Source: an uncultured Bacilli bacterium (lineage in GTDB: Bacteria; Bacillota_I; Bacilli_A; RF39; UBA660). Taken from it: a stretch of DNA of 64,000 nucleotides. A program made the translations under genes and the position numbers. The notes below the pieces were generated by a model. The model did not search any database and was not told the origin of the DNA. It worked only from the letters and a program-made list of their open reading frames with translations. Every line of letters starts with the position of its first letter. The stretch's first letter is position 1. The stretch lies in the NCBI GenBank assembly GCA_944372055.1, contig CALVYF010000002.1, positions 43,628 to 107,627 of the forward strand. The letters are read 5' to 3'. Shown here piece after piece: positions 43,917 through 52,755 of the stretch.

Positions 43917-45852
43917 AATTATCTATTTGATCTAGTTCTTTTAACCATGCTTCCATTGAAGCATCGCTTGGCATGCGTAAGTCTCCTCTAGGTGATAAGC
44001 TGATGCTTCCTACTTTTACTCCATCTGGGATACAATTTCTTTTAAACTGTTGAGTAAAGAAACGTCTGATGAAAACTTTTAACCATTTTTTAATTTCTTC
44101 CTTGGAAAAACTATTTTTAAAAGTATGTTTCGCTAATGTATAGATTTTCTTTGGAGTTGCTCCATATCTTAAGAAGTGATATAGATAGAAGTCATGTAGA
44201 ACGTATGGTCCAATACTTGATTCTGTTTTTTGTAAGATATTCCCAGCTTCATCTGGTGGTAATAATTCTGGGGAGATTGGAGTATCTAAGATATCTTGTA
44301 ATACTTCTTTCTTTTTACCATCTGTAGTATCTTTTACCCAGGCTACTAAGTAACGTACTAATGTCTTGGGAATAGATGTATTTACAGCATACATACTCAT
44401 GTGGTCACCATTGTAAGTACACCAACCTAAAGCAAGCTCAGATAAATCTCCTGTACCAATGACTAATCCATTTTCCATATTCGCAACATCCATCAATATT
44501 TGCGTACGTTCTCTTGCTTGAATATTTTCATACGTAACACTTCGATCCGCCTCAGGTAGCCCAATATCTTTCATATGAAGAAGGGATGCATCCTTGATAC
44601 TAATTTCTTTTAAGGTTGCTCCATATTCTTTTACTAAATCCATGCTATTTTGATAAGTTCTATCTGTTGTTCCAAATCCTGGCATCGTAATTCCAATAAT
44701 ATCTTTAGGATTTCTTTTTAGTTTTTCATAGGCTTTTACAATTACTAAGAAAGCAAGTGTTGAATCTAGGCCTCCAGACATTCCAATTACACATTTAGGA
44801 TTTCCTACTTGGATTAGACGTCTTGCTAGAGCTGTTGACTGAATTTCTATAATTTCTTCACATCTTTTATTTCTTTCTAATTCATTTGATGGTACAAATG
44901 GATATTCTTTGTATTCACGATTTAATTCTTTTATATTGTCTTTGATATCTAGTTTTATGATTTTATATTCTTCTAAGTTTGAATTTTTCATAAAACTTCT
45001 ATTTTTGATACGATCATTTGCTAATTTTAATACATCGATATCTGCAGTAATTATATTACTTTCTAGCTCAAAACGTTTATTCTCTGCTAGAATTGATCCA
45101 TTTTCATAAATCATACTAGCTCCACCAAATAAGATATCTGAAGTCGATTCCATAACTCCGCTTGATGCATAAATATAAGCTGATATTGTTCTTGCTGATT
45201 GACTAGATACTAAACTCTTTCGATATTCTTGCTTACCAATTAGTTCATTACTACTTGATAAGTTAAAAATCATTGTTGCACCAGCTAAAGCATGACTGTT
45301 ACTTGGAGGATTTACTGTCCATAAATCTTCGCATATTTCGATTCCAAAGGTTGCTTCTTTTAATGTCTTATCTTGGAATAATATATTTGTAGTGATTGGA
45401 ACTAGTTGACCTAATATTTCTATTTCTTCTGTTATTAATTCTTTACTAGAAGAAAACCATCTTGCTTCATAGAATTCTTGATAGTTTGGAATATAAGTTT
45501 TTGGTATTACTCCTAGAATTTTTCCTTTTGTAATTACTACTGCACAATTAAACAGCTGATTATCATGTCTTAGTGGCATTCCTAGAATAGAAATGATATC
45601 TATATCTTTGGTTTCGTTTAATACTTTTTCTAATGCTTTTATACTGTCACCTAGTAATTGTTCTTGTAAAAATAAGTCTCCACATGTGTATCCGGTTAGA
45701 GATAATTCTGGTGTTGTTACAATAGAGACACCAAGTGTTTCTGCTTTTTTTATTTCGTTTATTATAACTTCTGCATTTTTTAATGGATTAGCTAAAGCTA
45801 ATTTATTTACAATAGCGCCTACTCTTATAAATCCTAATTCTTTCATATTCAT
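43915..45852 (-). CDS. nadE: Glutamine-dependent NAD+ synthetase (CN-hydrolase + NAD synthase domains)
   Basis: 645 aa. N-terminal nitrilase-like domain (PELSLTGY, EICEDLW) and the PP-loop GMSGGLDSTLA. Confidence 0.9.
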   Translation of the reverse strand: MNMKELGFIRVGAIVNKLALANPLKNAEVIINEIKKAETLGVSIVTTPELSLTGYTCGDLFLQEQLLGDSIKALEKVLNETKDIDIISILGMPLRHDNQLFNCAVVITKGKILGVIPKTYIPNYQEFYEARWFSSSKELITEEIEILGQLVPITTNILFQDKTLKEATFGIEICEDLWTVNPPSNSHALAGATMIFNLSSSNELIGKQEYRKSLVSSQSARTISAYIYASSGVMESTSDILFGGASMIYENGSILAENKRFELESNIITADIDVLKLANDRIKNRSFMKNSNLEEYKIIKLDIKDNIKELNREYKEYPFVPSNELERNKRCEEIIEIQSTALARRLIQVGNPKCVIGMSGGLDSTLAFLVIVKAYEKLKRNPKDIIGITMPGFGTTDRTYQNSMDLVKEYGATLKEISIKDASLLHMKDIGLPEADRSVTYENIQARERTQILMDVANMENGLVIGTGDLSELALGWCTYNGDHMSMYAVNTSIPKTLVRYLVAWVKDTTDGKKKEVLQDILDTPISPELLPPDEAGNILQKTESSIGPYVLHDFYLYHFLRYGATPKKIYTLAKHTFKNSFSKEEIKKWLKVFIRRFFTQQFKRNCIPDGVKVGSISLSPRGDLRMPSDASMEAWLKELDQIDN

Positions 45853-45880
45853 TCTCCTTTTTTATAGTGTATCAAATATT

Positions 45881-46504
45881 TTATTTTTTTACTAAACTTT
45901 TTGCCTTTTCTATAGTAAATTGAGATTGGAGATCTGTAATATATCCACGTTCTACTAATTCTATTGTTTCATCAAAGCTACATTCAAAATAACGGATAAT
46001 TTCATCTTTATCTAAGTTCTGTTCTTTTGTTTTTTTACAACCTAGTGCTAGCATACTATAGTTATATGCTGCACTGCATCCTTGATCTTGATAGAAACTA
46101 GCTAATAGTTTCATTTCTTCTGGCACGTACCCTGTTTCTTCTTCTAATTCTCTTTTTCCTGCGGTTAATGGATCTTCTTCTTTTTCTAAATATCCAGCAG
46201 GTAATTCTACACATACTGTTTCTTTTGTAAATACCCTTGGTTGTACTACTAATAAAGTATTTCCTTCTTTTGTGATTGGTAAGATAATTGCAGCATTACC
46301 ATCACTTCCCCCTTTTACTATTTTTTCTCTTGGTATTATTATTCCATTTTGCAGTTTACAATTATAACTTTCTACATTAATGAATCCTTTTCTTTGGATA
46401 GGCTCTGTTCCTTGATATATAAATTCCTCTTTTTTTCTTTCTTTTGTGATTGTTTGTAATTCTTTTATATAATCTCTTAATTCTTCTAGTTTTTCTTTGC
46501 GCAC
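45881..46504 (-). CDS. Nudix hydrolase, ADP-ribose pyrophosphatase-like
   Basis: Nudix box GYLEKEEDPLTAGKRELEEETGY. Located between pncB and nadE. Confidence 0.7.
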   Translation of the reverse strand: MRKEKLEELRDYIKELQTITKERKKEEFIYQGTEPIQRKGFINVESYNCKLQNGIIIPREKIVKGGSDGNAAIILPITKEGNTLLVVQPRVFTKETVCVELPAGYLEKEEDPLTAGKRELEEETGYVPEEMKLLASFYQDQGCSAAYNYSMLALGCKKTKEQNLDKDEIIRYFECSFDETIELVERGYITDLQSQFTIEKAKSLVKK

Positions 46505-47957
46505 TTTACATATTCCTTTCCTTTTTTTGCTATTTCATTTTGATGAAATTCAATTAGTTCTTGTTTTAATGCTCTTAATTTATCTGATAAGTCTACGTAA
46601 TATTCATGCGGTTTATCAATTCTTGTAACTTCTGGGTATAGTGTTTCAAATTCTTTTTCGCAATATTCTTGTTTTTCTTGTAAACTTGGATCTTGATATA
46701 CTAATTCTCCGTTTTTAAAAATTGGCACCAATAGACTTCTAACATTATAATTTTTTAATTCTGTTTTTTTCCATGTTTCTACTGGGTGAACTAGTGTATA
46801 GTGATCTTTACTAATTTCTTCTTCGTTTAATGTAATGACATCTCCTAGAGCATATCCAGTATCTTTGTCATAGAAACGATATACTTTTTTGCTACCTGGA
46901 TTTATTGTTTTAATACTATCGTTACTTACTTTAATTCTTGGTTTGGCTTCCTTATTTTCTTCTACTGCTACTAGTTTATAAACTCCTCCTACTCTTTCTT
47001 TAGGGGCGGCGATATTATCTCCTGCACCAATAGAATTAATCTTTGCTCCTTGAGTAATTAAATCACGAATCGTATATTCGTCTAATCCGTTTGATAAACA
47101 AATTCCTGCATCTTTATATCCAGCTTCGTCTAACATTTTTCTAGCTTCTTTTGATAAATATGCTAAGTCCCCACTATCAATCCGTATTCCTTTCAATGGA
47201 TATCCATTTGGTGTTAGGTATTCGTTTGCTACTCTGATAGCGTTAGGAATTCCACTATGTAAGGTATCGTATGTATCTACTAGGAAGATACAGTTGTCAG
47301 GATTACTTTTTGCATATTTTAAAAATGCATCATATTCATCTTCACTTTCTGTTACTAATGAATGAGCCATAGTTCCCATGACAGGAATATCATATTTCAT
47401 ACCTGCATAAGTGTTAGATGTTCCTACACATCCACCGATATATGCACACTTACTTGCTTCTACTGCAGAATCAATTCCTCTAGCACGTCTTGCCCAAACT
47501 CCATTACTGGAATTCCTTTTGCTTCATTAGTAATTCTTTTTGCTGCTGTTGTTACTAATGACCCATGATTGAAGTTAGTAAGTAATGCTGTTTCTAATAT
47601 TTGAGCTGTTACTGCATCTGCTTTTACTGTTAATACTGGTTCGTTTGGAAATACTACGGTTCCATCTGGTACAGCATAAATATCTCCTTCAAATTTCAAG
47701 GTGCTTAAATACTCTAAGAATTCCTCACTAAATTTTCCTAATCTTCTTAAATATTCTATTTCTTCTTCTCCAAAATGGAAGTTTTTAATATAGTCTATTG
47801 TCTCATCTAATCCTCCACTAATTGTGTATCCTCCTTCAAAGGGATTTTTACGGAAGAAAATATCAAAATATACTTGTTCATCTTTCTTTCCTTCATTGAA
47901 ATACGTCTCGGCCATTGTTAACTCATAAAAATCTGTCATTAATGTTTTATTATTCAT
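46486..47957 (-). pseudogene. pncB: Nicotinate phosphoribosyltransferase, split by a 1-nt frameshift
   Basis: The N-terminal ORF (47460-47957) ends ...GIPVMEFGQDVLEELILQ*. Shifting one base at about 47490 gives EFG-RRARGIDSAVEASKCAYIGGCVGTSNTYAGMKYDIPVMGTMAHS, which is the conserved PncB core and joins the 46486-47400 ORF. Confidence 0.8.
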
Positions 47958-48013
47958 ACTTATTCTCCTTTTCTTTTTAGCTTTTTATTAATATCAACAT
48001 TTTAAAAAAATAA

Positions 48014-48610
48014 TTATCTTTTCTTACTTACTAAATTTATTCCTTGTAACTTCATTAAACGTTTAGCTGCTGCAACATATTCTCCTCTATTTTCTTCGTC
48101 GAATGTTGCGATTGCATCTTCGTGTACAATAATATCAACTTTACGATTCCACTGATCATAGTAATTAGCAAGTCCCATAATTCCATTAAAAACACAAATA
48201 TCTGTACAGCAACCAACTTCTTCCACCCTCTTAATATTATTAGCCTTGGCAATCAATTCTCTAAAATCAGGCGCTTCCATAAAACTTGTAGAATTCTTTT
48301 CAATTGATATTGTATCATCTTCATCTTCATATGGTTTTAATTCGTCTACTACTTCGGCTTCTTTTGTACCTCTAACACTATGCTTTTCGTCGTTAAAACG
48401 TCTAAACTCAACAGCATCTTTATCATGAGTATCTTTAACAAAGACAATAAGATATCCTTTAGCACGTGCTTCCTTAATTAGCTCTATTTGTCTTGGTATA
48501 ATTCTTGCGATTGCTTCATCATGTAAAGCTCCTTCTTTTGCAAAACCATTTATCATGTCAACAACAATTAACATTCCTTCATAAACTTCTAAATTTTTAA
48601 TTTTTTTCAT
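48014..48610 (-). CDS. pncA: Nicotinamidase / isochorismatase-family cysteine hydrolase
   Basis: LIVVDMINGF, FVKDTH and the VGCCTDICV catalytic Cys motif. First gene behind the promoter/operator at 48680-48716. Confidence 0.65.
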   Translation of the reverse strand: MKKIKNLEVYEGMLIVVDMINGFAKEGALHDEAIARIIPRQIELIKEARAKGYLIVFVKDTHDKDAVEFRRFNDEKHSVRGTKEAEVVDELKPYEDEDDTISIEKNSTSFMEAPDFRELIAKANNIKRVEEVGCCTDICVFNGIMGLANYYDQWNRKVDIIVHEDAIATFDEENRGEYVAAAKRLMKLQGINLVSKKR

Positions 48611-48623
48611 TTTTCACTTCTCC

Positions 48624-48644
48624 TTATTAACATTTTATTAATAA
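48624..48644 (-). promoter_or_regulatory. Candidate NAD-regulon operator adjacent to the pncA RBS
   Basis: TTATTAACATTTTATTAATAA, a perfect TTATTAA-N7-TTAATAA palindrome 13 nt upstream of the pncA ATG. Confidence 0.5.
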
Positions 48645-48679
48645 CATATGTTTCAAAAAATACAAGTCAGCTGTACTTG

Positions 48680-48716
48680 TTATTAACATTATATTAATAT
48701 CTAAAATATTTGTCAA
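48680..48716 (-). promoter_or_regulatory. Consensus sigma-A promoter with an overlapping operator, driving pncA-pncB-nudix-nadE
   Basis: The minus strand reads TTGACA(48716-48711)-17 nt-TATAAT(48693-48688), with the palindrome TTATTAACATTATATTAATA across the -10 box. The 20-nt operator/-10 core (48680-48699) is identical to 42912-42931; within the spacers only the 5 nt flanking the operator and the 3 nt next to the -35 box match, and the 9 nt between them differ. Confidence 0.6.
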
Positions 48717-48776
48717 CCCTCTTTTTAATATTTTTTTTAAACATGGAACAAAAATAAAAAAGACATCAATGATGTC

Positions 48777-49193
48777 TTAATTATTAGCATGTTTTTTTAT
48801 ATAAGTAATTCCTGCAGTGATTGTTACTAAACCAATTACTGTAAATACTATATTTTCTTTCGTACCAGTATTTGGAACTGTTATATTATCTGTTTCGGAT
48901 GTTGTGGTAGATGTTGAAGGCGCAGTATCTGTAGAATCTGGTGTTACCGTTTCTGATGAAGTTGTAGTATTATCGCTGGATTCGCTTGTTGTATCTTTTT
49001 CATCTGTTGTTTCTACATCTAAAGTTATATTTGAATCATTATCTTTTGTTGTAGTATCCTTTTCTTCAGTTTTTGCGTTATTATTTACTTTAGAGACATC
49101 TGGCTCTGTAAATTTATTAATTACAGAAATCAGTAGTAATCCACCGGCAATAATTAATACTAATACTACAATGTAACGAATGTAATTTCTCAT
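48777..49193 (-). CDS. Small Thr/Ser/Asp-rich surface protein with an LPXTG-like sorting signal
   Basis: N-terminal anchor/signal helix, a T/S/D-rich low-complexity region, then VPNTG + hydrophobic helix + KKHANN tail. Confidence 0.6.
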   Translation of the reverse strand: MRNYIRYIVVLVLIIAGGLLLISVINKFTEPDVSKVNNNAKTEEKDTTTKDNDSNITLDVETTDEKDTTSESSDNTTTSSETVTPDSTDTAPSTSTTTSETDNITVPNTGTKENIVFTVIGLVTITAGITYIKKHANN

Positions 49194-49249
49194 ACTTCCA
49201 CCTCTTTTTCGTAATCTATTATACTTATTTTTGTAGAAATTGCAAGCAT

Positions 49250-49799
49250 TTAAAGTTCTTTTATTACTTTACAAGGATTTCCTGCCGCTACTACATTGGA
49301 AGGAATATCTTTTGTTACTACACTGCCAGCACCTATCGTTGTATTATCTCCAATAGTTATACCTGGTAAAATGGTAGTGTTTCCCCCTATCCATACATTA
49401 TTACCGATGGTAACAGGTACTCCCTTTTCTAGATTTTTATTTCTTCTTTCTATATCTAATGGATGAGTTGCGGCATAAATATTTACATTTGGTCCAATAA
49501 ACACATTGTCTCCAATCTTTACTTCTGCAGTATCTAAAATCGTTAGATTATAGTTGGCATAAAAGTTTTTTTCCTATAGTTATGAAATATCCATAATCAC
49601 AGTGAAATGGTTGCTCGATGGTGAAATTTTCTCCTATGCTATTTACTATTGTTTTAATTAATTTCTTTCTTTTTTCAATTTTAATTGGATCTAAGGCACT
49701 AAATTTGTGACATAACCTTTGAGTATAGAGATGTTTTATTTGCATTTTTCTATCATTGACGATATTGTAATATTTTTCTTTTTCCATTTTATCTCTCAT
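49250..49799 (-). pseudogene. maa: Maltose/galactoside O-acetyltransferase (hexapeptide family), frameshifted in an A7 run
   Basis: The N-terminal Mac domain ORF ends GYFITIGKKLLCQL*. Removing one A from the run at 49566-49572 gives IGKNFYANYNLTILDTAEVKIGDNVFIGPNV, continuing into the left-handed beta-helix ORF (49250-49504). Confidence 0.75.
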
Positions 49800-49835
49800 A
49801 TCATATTTATTATAGCAGAAATATTTTTGATTATC

Positions 49836-50882
49836 TTATTGTTGTTCTAATATAATTTTTCTATATATCTCTTGGCACTTATTAAAACTTTCTTTTTGTA
49901 TTCTTTCATCTTTTTGATGAGCTGTTATTGGACCTGGGCCTAAGATAATAATATTTTTATCTGGCAGAAAAGAAGCTTCTGTTACATAGTTTAGGCCAAT
50001 TGCTTTTTTAGTTGTTATCGTTTCTATTTTTTCTATTACTTCTTTTTTATTTGTTACTGCTGCGTTTAAGTTATTTAATATACTTGCTTTTCCTTGATAT
50101 TTTTTTGTTAATTCTTCTATTTTTCCAATAATTTTTTTATTATGTTCTTTTGTGATTGTACGAAAGTCAAAAGTAATCTCACAAGTATCTGGTACTTTAT
50201 TTATTTCGCCTCCTCCATTTATCTTTGATAAGTTAAATGTAGTATATGGTACTTCGTATAATGGAAGCTTTTCTTTTCTTAGCTCAGTTGCGAAGTCTTT
50301 TACTTCTTTTATAAAATCTAATGCTTTATATAGAGCATTTTCTCCTAATTCCGGGGTAGAAGAATGAGCACTTTTTCCATGAAAAGTTATACTAAATTCA
50401 ATACACCCTTTATTAGCAATAGCTGGTACTAGGTCTGTTGGTTCTGGAAAAATTACTGTATCTGGTAAGTTAATGTTATTTTTAATAAGCTCAGTGATTC
50501 CTTTAAAACTGATTTCTTCGTCATAAGTAAAACAAAGCATGCAAGGAATATCTATTGGTAGCGTTGTAACTACTTCTAGTAAAGCAGCGGTTCCCCCTTT
50601 CATGTCTGATACACCTAATCCATAATAGTTATCTTTATCTTCTGTTAATTTAAGTGCTTCTTTTGTCCAGTAAACTGATTTATCTACGGTATCTGTATGA
50701 CAACAGAATGCTACTGTTGGATTACCTCTTTTAGCAACTAAAACTTTTTCTTTTTCTTCTCCAATTTCTTGGAAATCAAAGCTTTTATTCTTTAATAGAC
50801 TTTTGATATAAGCTCTGATTTTTTCGTTTTCTTCATCATTGATTGTATTTATTTCAATTAGATTTTTTAGTATATCACTCAT
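49836..50882 (-). CDS. M20 family metallopeptidase/deacylase (ArgE/DapE-like)
   Basis: CHTDTV and GVSDMKGG metal/catalytic motifs. Confidence 0.7.
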   Translation of the reverse strand: MSDILKNLIEINTINDEENEKIRAYIKSLLKNKSFDFQEIGEEKEKVLVAKRGNPTVAFCCHTDTVDKSVYWTKEALKLTEDKDNYYGLGVSDMKGGTAALLEVVTTLPIDIPCMLCFTYDEEISFKGITELIKNNINLPDTVIFPEPTDLVPAIANKGCIEFSITFHGKSAHSSTPELGENALYKALDFIKEVKDFATELRKEKLPLYEVPYTTFNLSKINGGGEINKVPDTCEITFDFRTITKEHNKKIIGKIEELTKKYQGKASILNNLNAAVTNKKEVIEKIETITTKKAIGLNYVTEASFLPDKNIIILGPGPITAHQKDERIQKESFNKCQEIYRKIILEQQ

Positions 50883-51685
50883 TATTTTTGCCCCGCTTTA
50901 TTATAGTATGTTTTGGTATAACCTGATTTTTGTAAGTCAATTACTGGGAAGATACGATCATTCATAGCTCCAGTAGGATCTTCTTGCCAAGTATAGTTTC
51001 CATTATTATTACTATAGTCTAATTTTAATCCAATTCCTCTAAATAATTTAGAAGAATCTGAAGAATCTAAATCTGGTCTTGTTTCTAGTAAAGAGATATA
51101 TTGGTTCATAAAATCTTGTTTTTCTTCTGTTGTTAGTTGTGGTATTACGATACTTTTCCCATTCTTTCTCTTTTCTCTATCTTCTTTTTGAACTCTTTCT
51201 ACTGCACTTTCAAAAGATTCTTTTCTATCTTTTTTGAAGTATCTCATAGCATTGGTACGGTAACCTAAAAGTTTCTTATCGCTTTGTAAAGAATTGATTA
51301 TTTCTTTTCTTACTAACTCACTAGCGATATTTTGACCACGATATTCTTTTAATACACCTATTTCTTCAATATAACGCATTCTGTCTTGATCTTCTGTGAT
51401 GTATTTTTTCTGATCTTCTGGAATCGTATCTGTTGCGATTAAAAATCCTACTACTTCCTCTTTTATTTCTGGTGTCCAGATTGTTGTATCTGTTTTTACA
51501 TAATCATCTATTACTCCTCTTGCTGCCTCTTCTGTCCAAGTTTCATAAAATGGTTCCCCATTAAAAATATCACAGTAACATCTAGCTAGAGAACCTAGTT
51601 GTTTATCTTCCACTAATTTAATTTTACAATTGTTTCTTACTTGGTCTTTTAACCAAGTATAATATAAGTTTTTAAAATTTATCAT
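50882..51685 (-). CDS. GNAT-family N-acetyltransferase with a C-terminal extension
   Basis: IEEIGVLKEYRGQNIASELV acetyl-CoA-binding motif. The start is preferred at MINFKN (RBS TGGAGAAAG). The stop overlaps the M20 start. Confidence 0.55.
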   Translation of the reverse strand: MINFKNLYYTWLKDQVRNNCKIKLVEDKQLGSLARCYCDIFNGEPFYETWTEEAARGVIDDYVKTDTTIWTPEIKEEVVGFLIATDTIPEDQKKYITEDQDRMRYIEEIGVLKEYRGQNIASELVRKEIINSLQSDKKLLGYRTNAMRYFKKDRKESFESAVERVQKEDREKRKNGKSIVIPQLTTEEKQDFMNQYISLLETRPDLDSSDSSKLFRGIGLKLDYSNNNGNYTWQEDPTGAMNDRIFPVIDLQKSGYTKTYYNKAGQK

Positions 51686-51715
51686 ATTCTTTCTCCATTC
51701 ATTCAAATTTTTGTA

Positions 51716-51748
51716 ATAAAAAAGTTATAGACCTTGTGCCTATAACCT
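51716..51748 (-). terminator. Leader terminator upstream of the GNAT/M20 operon
   Basis: GTTATAG-gcacaaggt-CTATAAC followed by TTTTTT on the minus strand, about 30 nt before the RBS. Confidence 0.55.
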
Positions 51749-51942
51749 CATTTATAATATAAATTATTTAGAATAGGTATCGACACAAGCATCACAAAAT
51801 AGCCCTTGTCGATACCACGTTTTAATGTCGTATTAACAAGCGCATAATTTTATGATGATGATGTCCAAAAATTCTATTCATCATAAGATTCGTCCCTTTC
51901 TTTTGTTGCAACTAATGTACATCAAAAATTTGTTCATGTCAA
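51749..51942 (-). promoter_or_regulatory. Promoter plus structured 5' leader (attenuator or riboswitch-like) of the GNAT/M20 operon
   Basis: TTGACA(51942-51937)-17 nt-TACATT(51919-51914), followed by mutually exclusive complementary segments (GCGCTTGT / GGTATCGACAAGGGC / GCTTGTGTCGATACC / ATAGGCACAAGG). Confidence 0.5.
51822..51884 (-). other. Candidate 20-codon leader peptide with four consecutive His codons
   Basis: ATG ATG AAT AGA ATT TTT GGA CAT CAT CAT CAT AAA ATT ATG CGC TTG TTA ATA CGA CAT TAA translates to MMNRIFGHHHHKIMRLLIRH*. The RBS-like GGGA lies 8 nt upstream. Confidence 0.35.
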
Positions 51943-51994
51943 GTTTTTTATAACTTTTTTATAGTTTTGCTTATACTATATTAAAGGTGATGTT

Positions 51995-52705
51995 ATGGAG
52001 TTAAATAACCTAAAAGTTGCTCATCGTGGCCTATTTGATAATAAAAAAATTCCTGAAAATTCATTGTTAGCGTTTCGCAGAGCAATCTCTTTTCATATTC
52101 CTTTTGAACTTGATGTTCAGCTTACTAAGGATAATGTTATTATTGTCTTTCATGATATGAATTTAAAGAGAATGTGCGGTGTTGATAAATATATCTCGGA
52201 TATGACTTATGATGAAATAAGAAGGCTTTCATTGTTATCTACTAAAGAAAAAATCCCTACATTTCGAGAAGTATTAGAATTAACCAATGGTTCTGTACTT
52301 TTAGATATTGAAATAAAAAAGACAAATCGTGTAGAATTTGTCTGCAATAAAATTTTAGAGGAATTAAAAAATTATCAGGGAGATGTTTTATTAAAATCTT
52401 TTCATCCGAGTATCGTTCGTTATTTAAAGAAAAAGTCAACTTATCCAGTTGGTCTTTTGGTTACAGAATATCCTCCTTCTAAATTATATAGCTATCTCAT
52501 TAGTTCTTCTTTTTTAGTAAAGTATTGTCATCCTGATTTTTTAGCTATTAATAAAAATATTATTAAAAAGAAAAGACTCCAATATTACAGAAAAAAGATG
52601 CCTTTGTTTGTGTGGACTATTCTTAGCCAACGCGAGTTAGATACATTTTCTGATTATGCTGATTCCTTTTTATGTAATGATTTACCTTATTTAAATAGTA
52701 ATTGA
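51995..52705 (+). CDS. Glycerophosphodiester phosphodiesterase
   Basis: AHRG...PENSLLAFRRA...ELDVQLTKDNVIIVFHD GDPD signature. Confidence 0.8.
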   Translation: MELNNLKVAHRGLFDNKKIPENSLLAFRRAISFHIPFELDVQLTKDNVIIVFHDMNLKRMCGVDKYISDMTYDEIRRLSLLSTKEKIPTFREVLELTNGSVLLDIEIKKTNRVEFVCNKILEELKNYQGDVLLKSFHPSIVRYLKKKSTYPVGLLVTEYPPSKLYSYLISSSFLVKYCHPDFLAINKNIIKKKRLQYYRKKMPLFVWTILSQRELDTFSDYADSFLCNDLPYLNSN

Positions 52706-52755
52706 CAATTATTTGTATTTTTTTTAAAATAAGTGTTGATTTACGAGGTGAAATT

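Noticed and set aside
51749-51900. The leader upstream of the GNAT/M20 operon as a canonical T-box riboswitch. AACGTGGTATCGAC resembles the T-box core GGGTGGTACCGCG, and CAT codons could serve as a His specifier.
   Set aside because: I could not identify Stem I hallmarks (GA/K-turn motif, AG bulge, distal loop, or a specifier loop with a purine after the codon). The similarity to the T-box core is only partial. The idea is retained as an alternative inside the leader finding; an Infernal/Rfam scan is needed.
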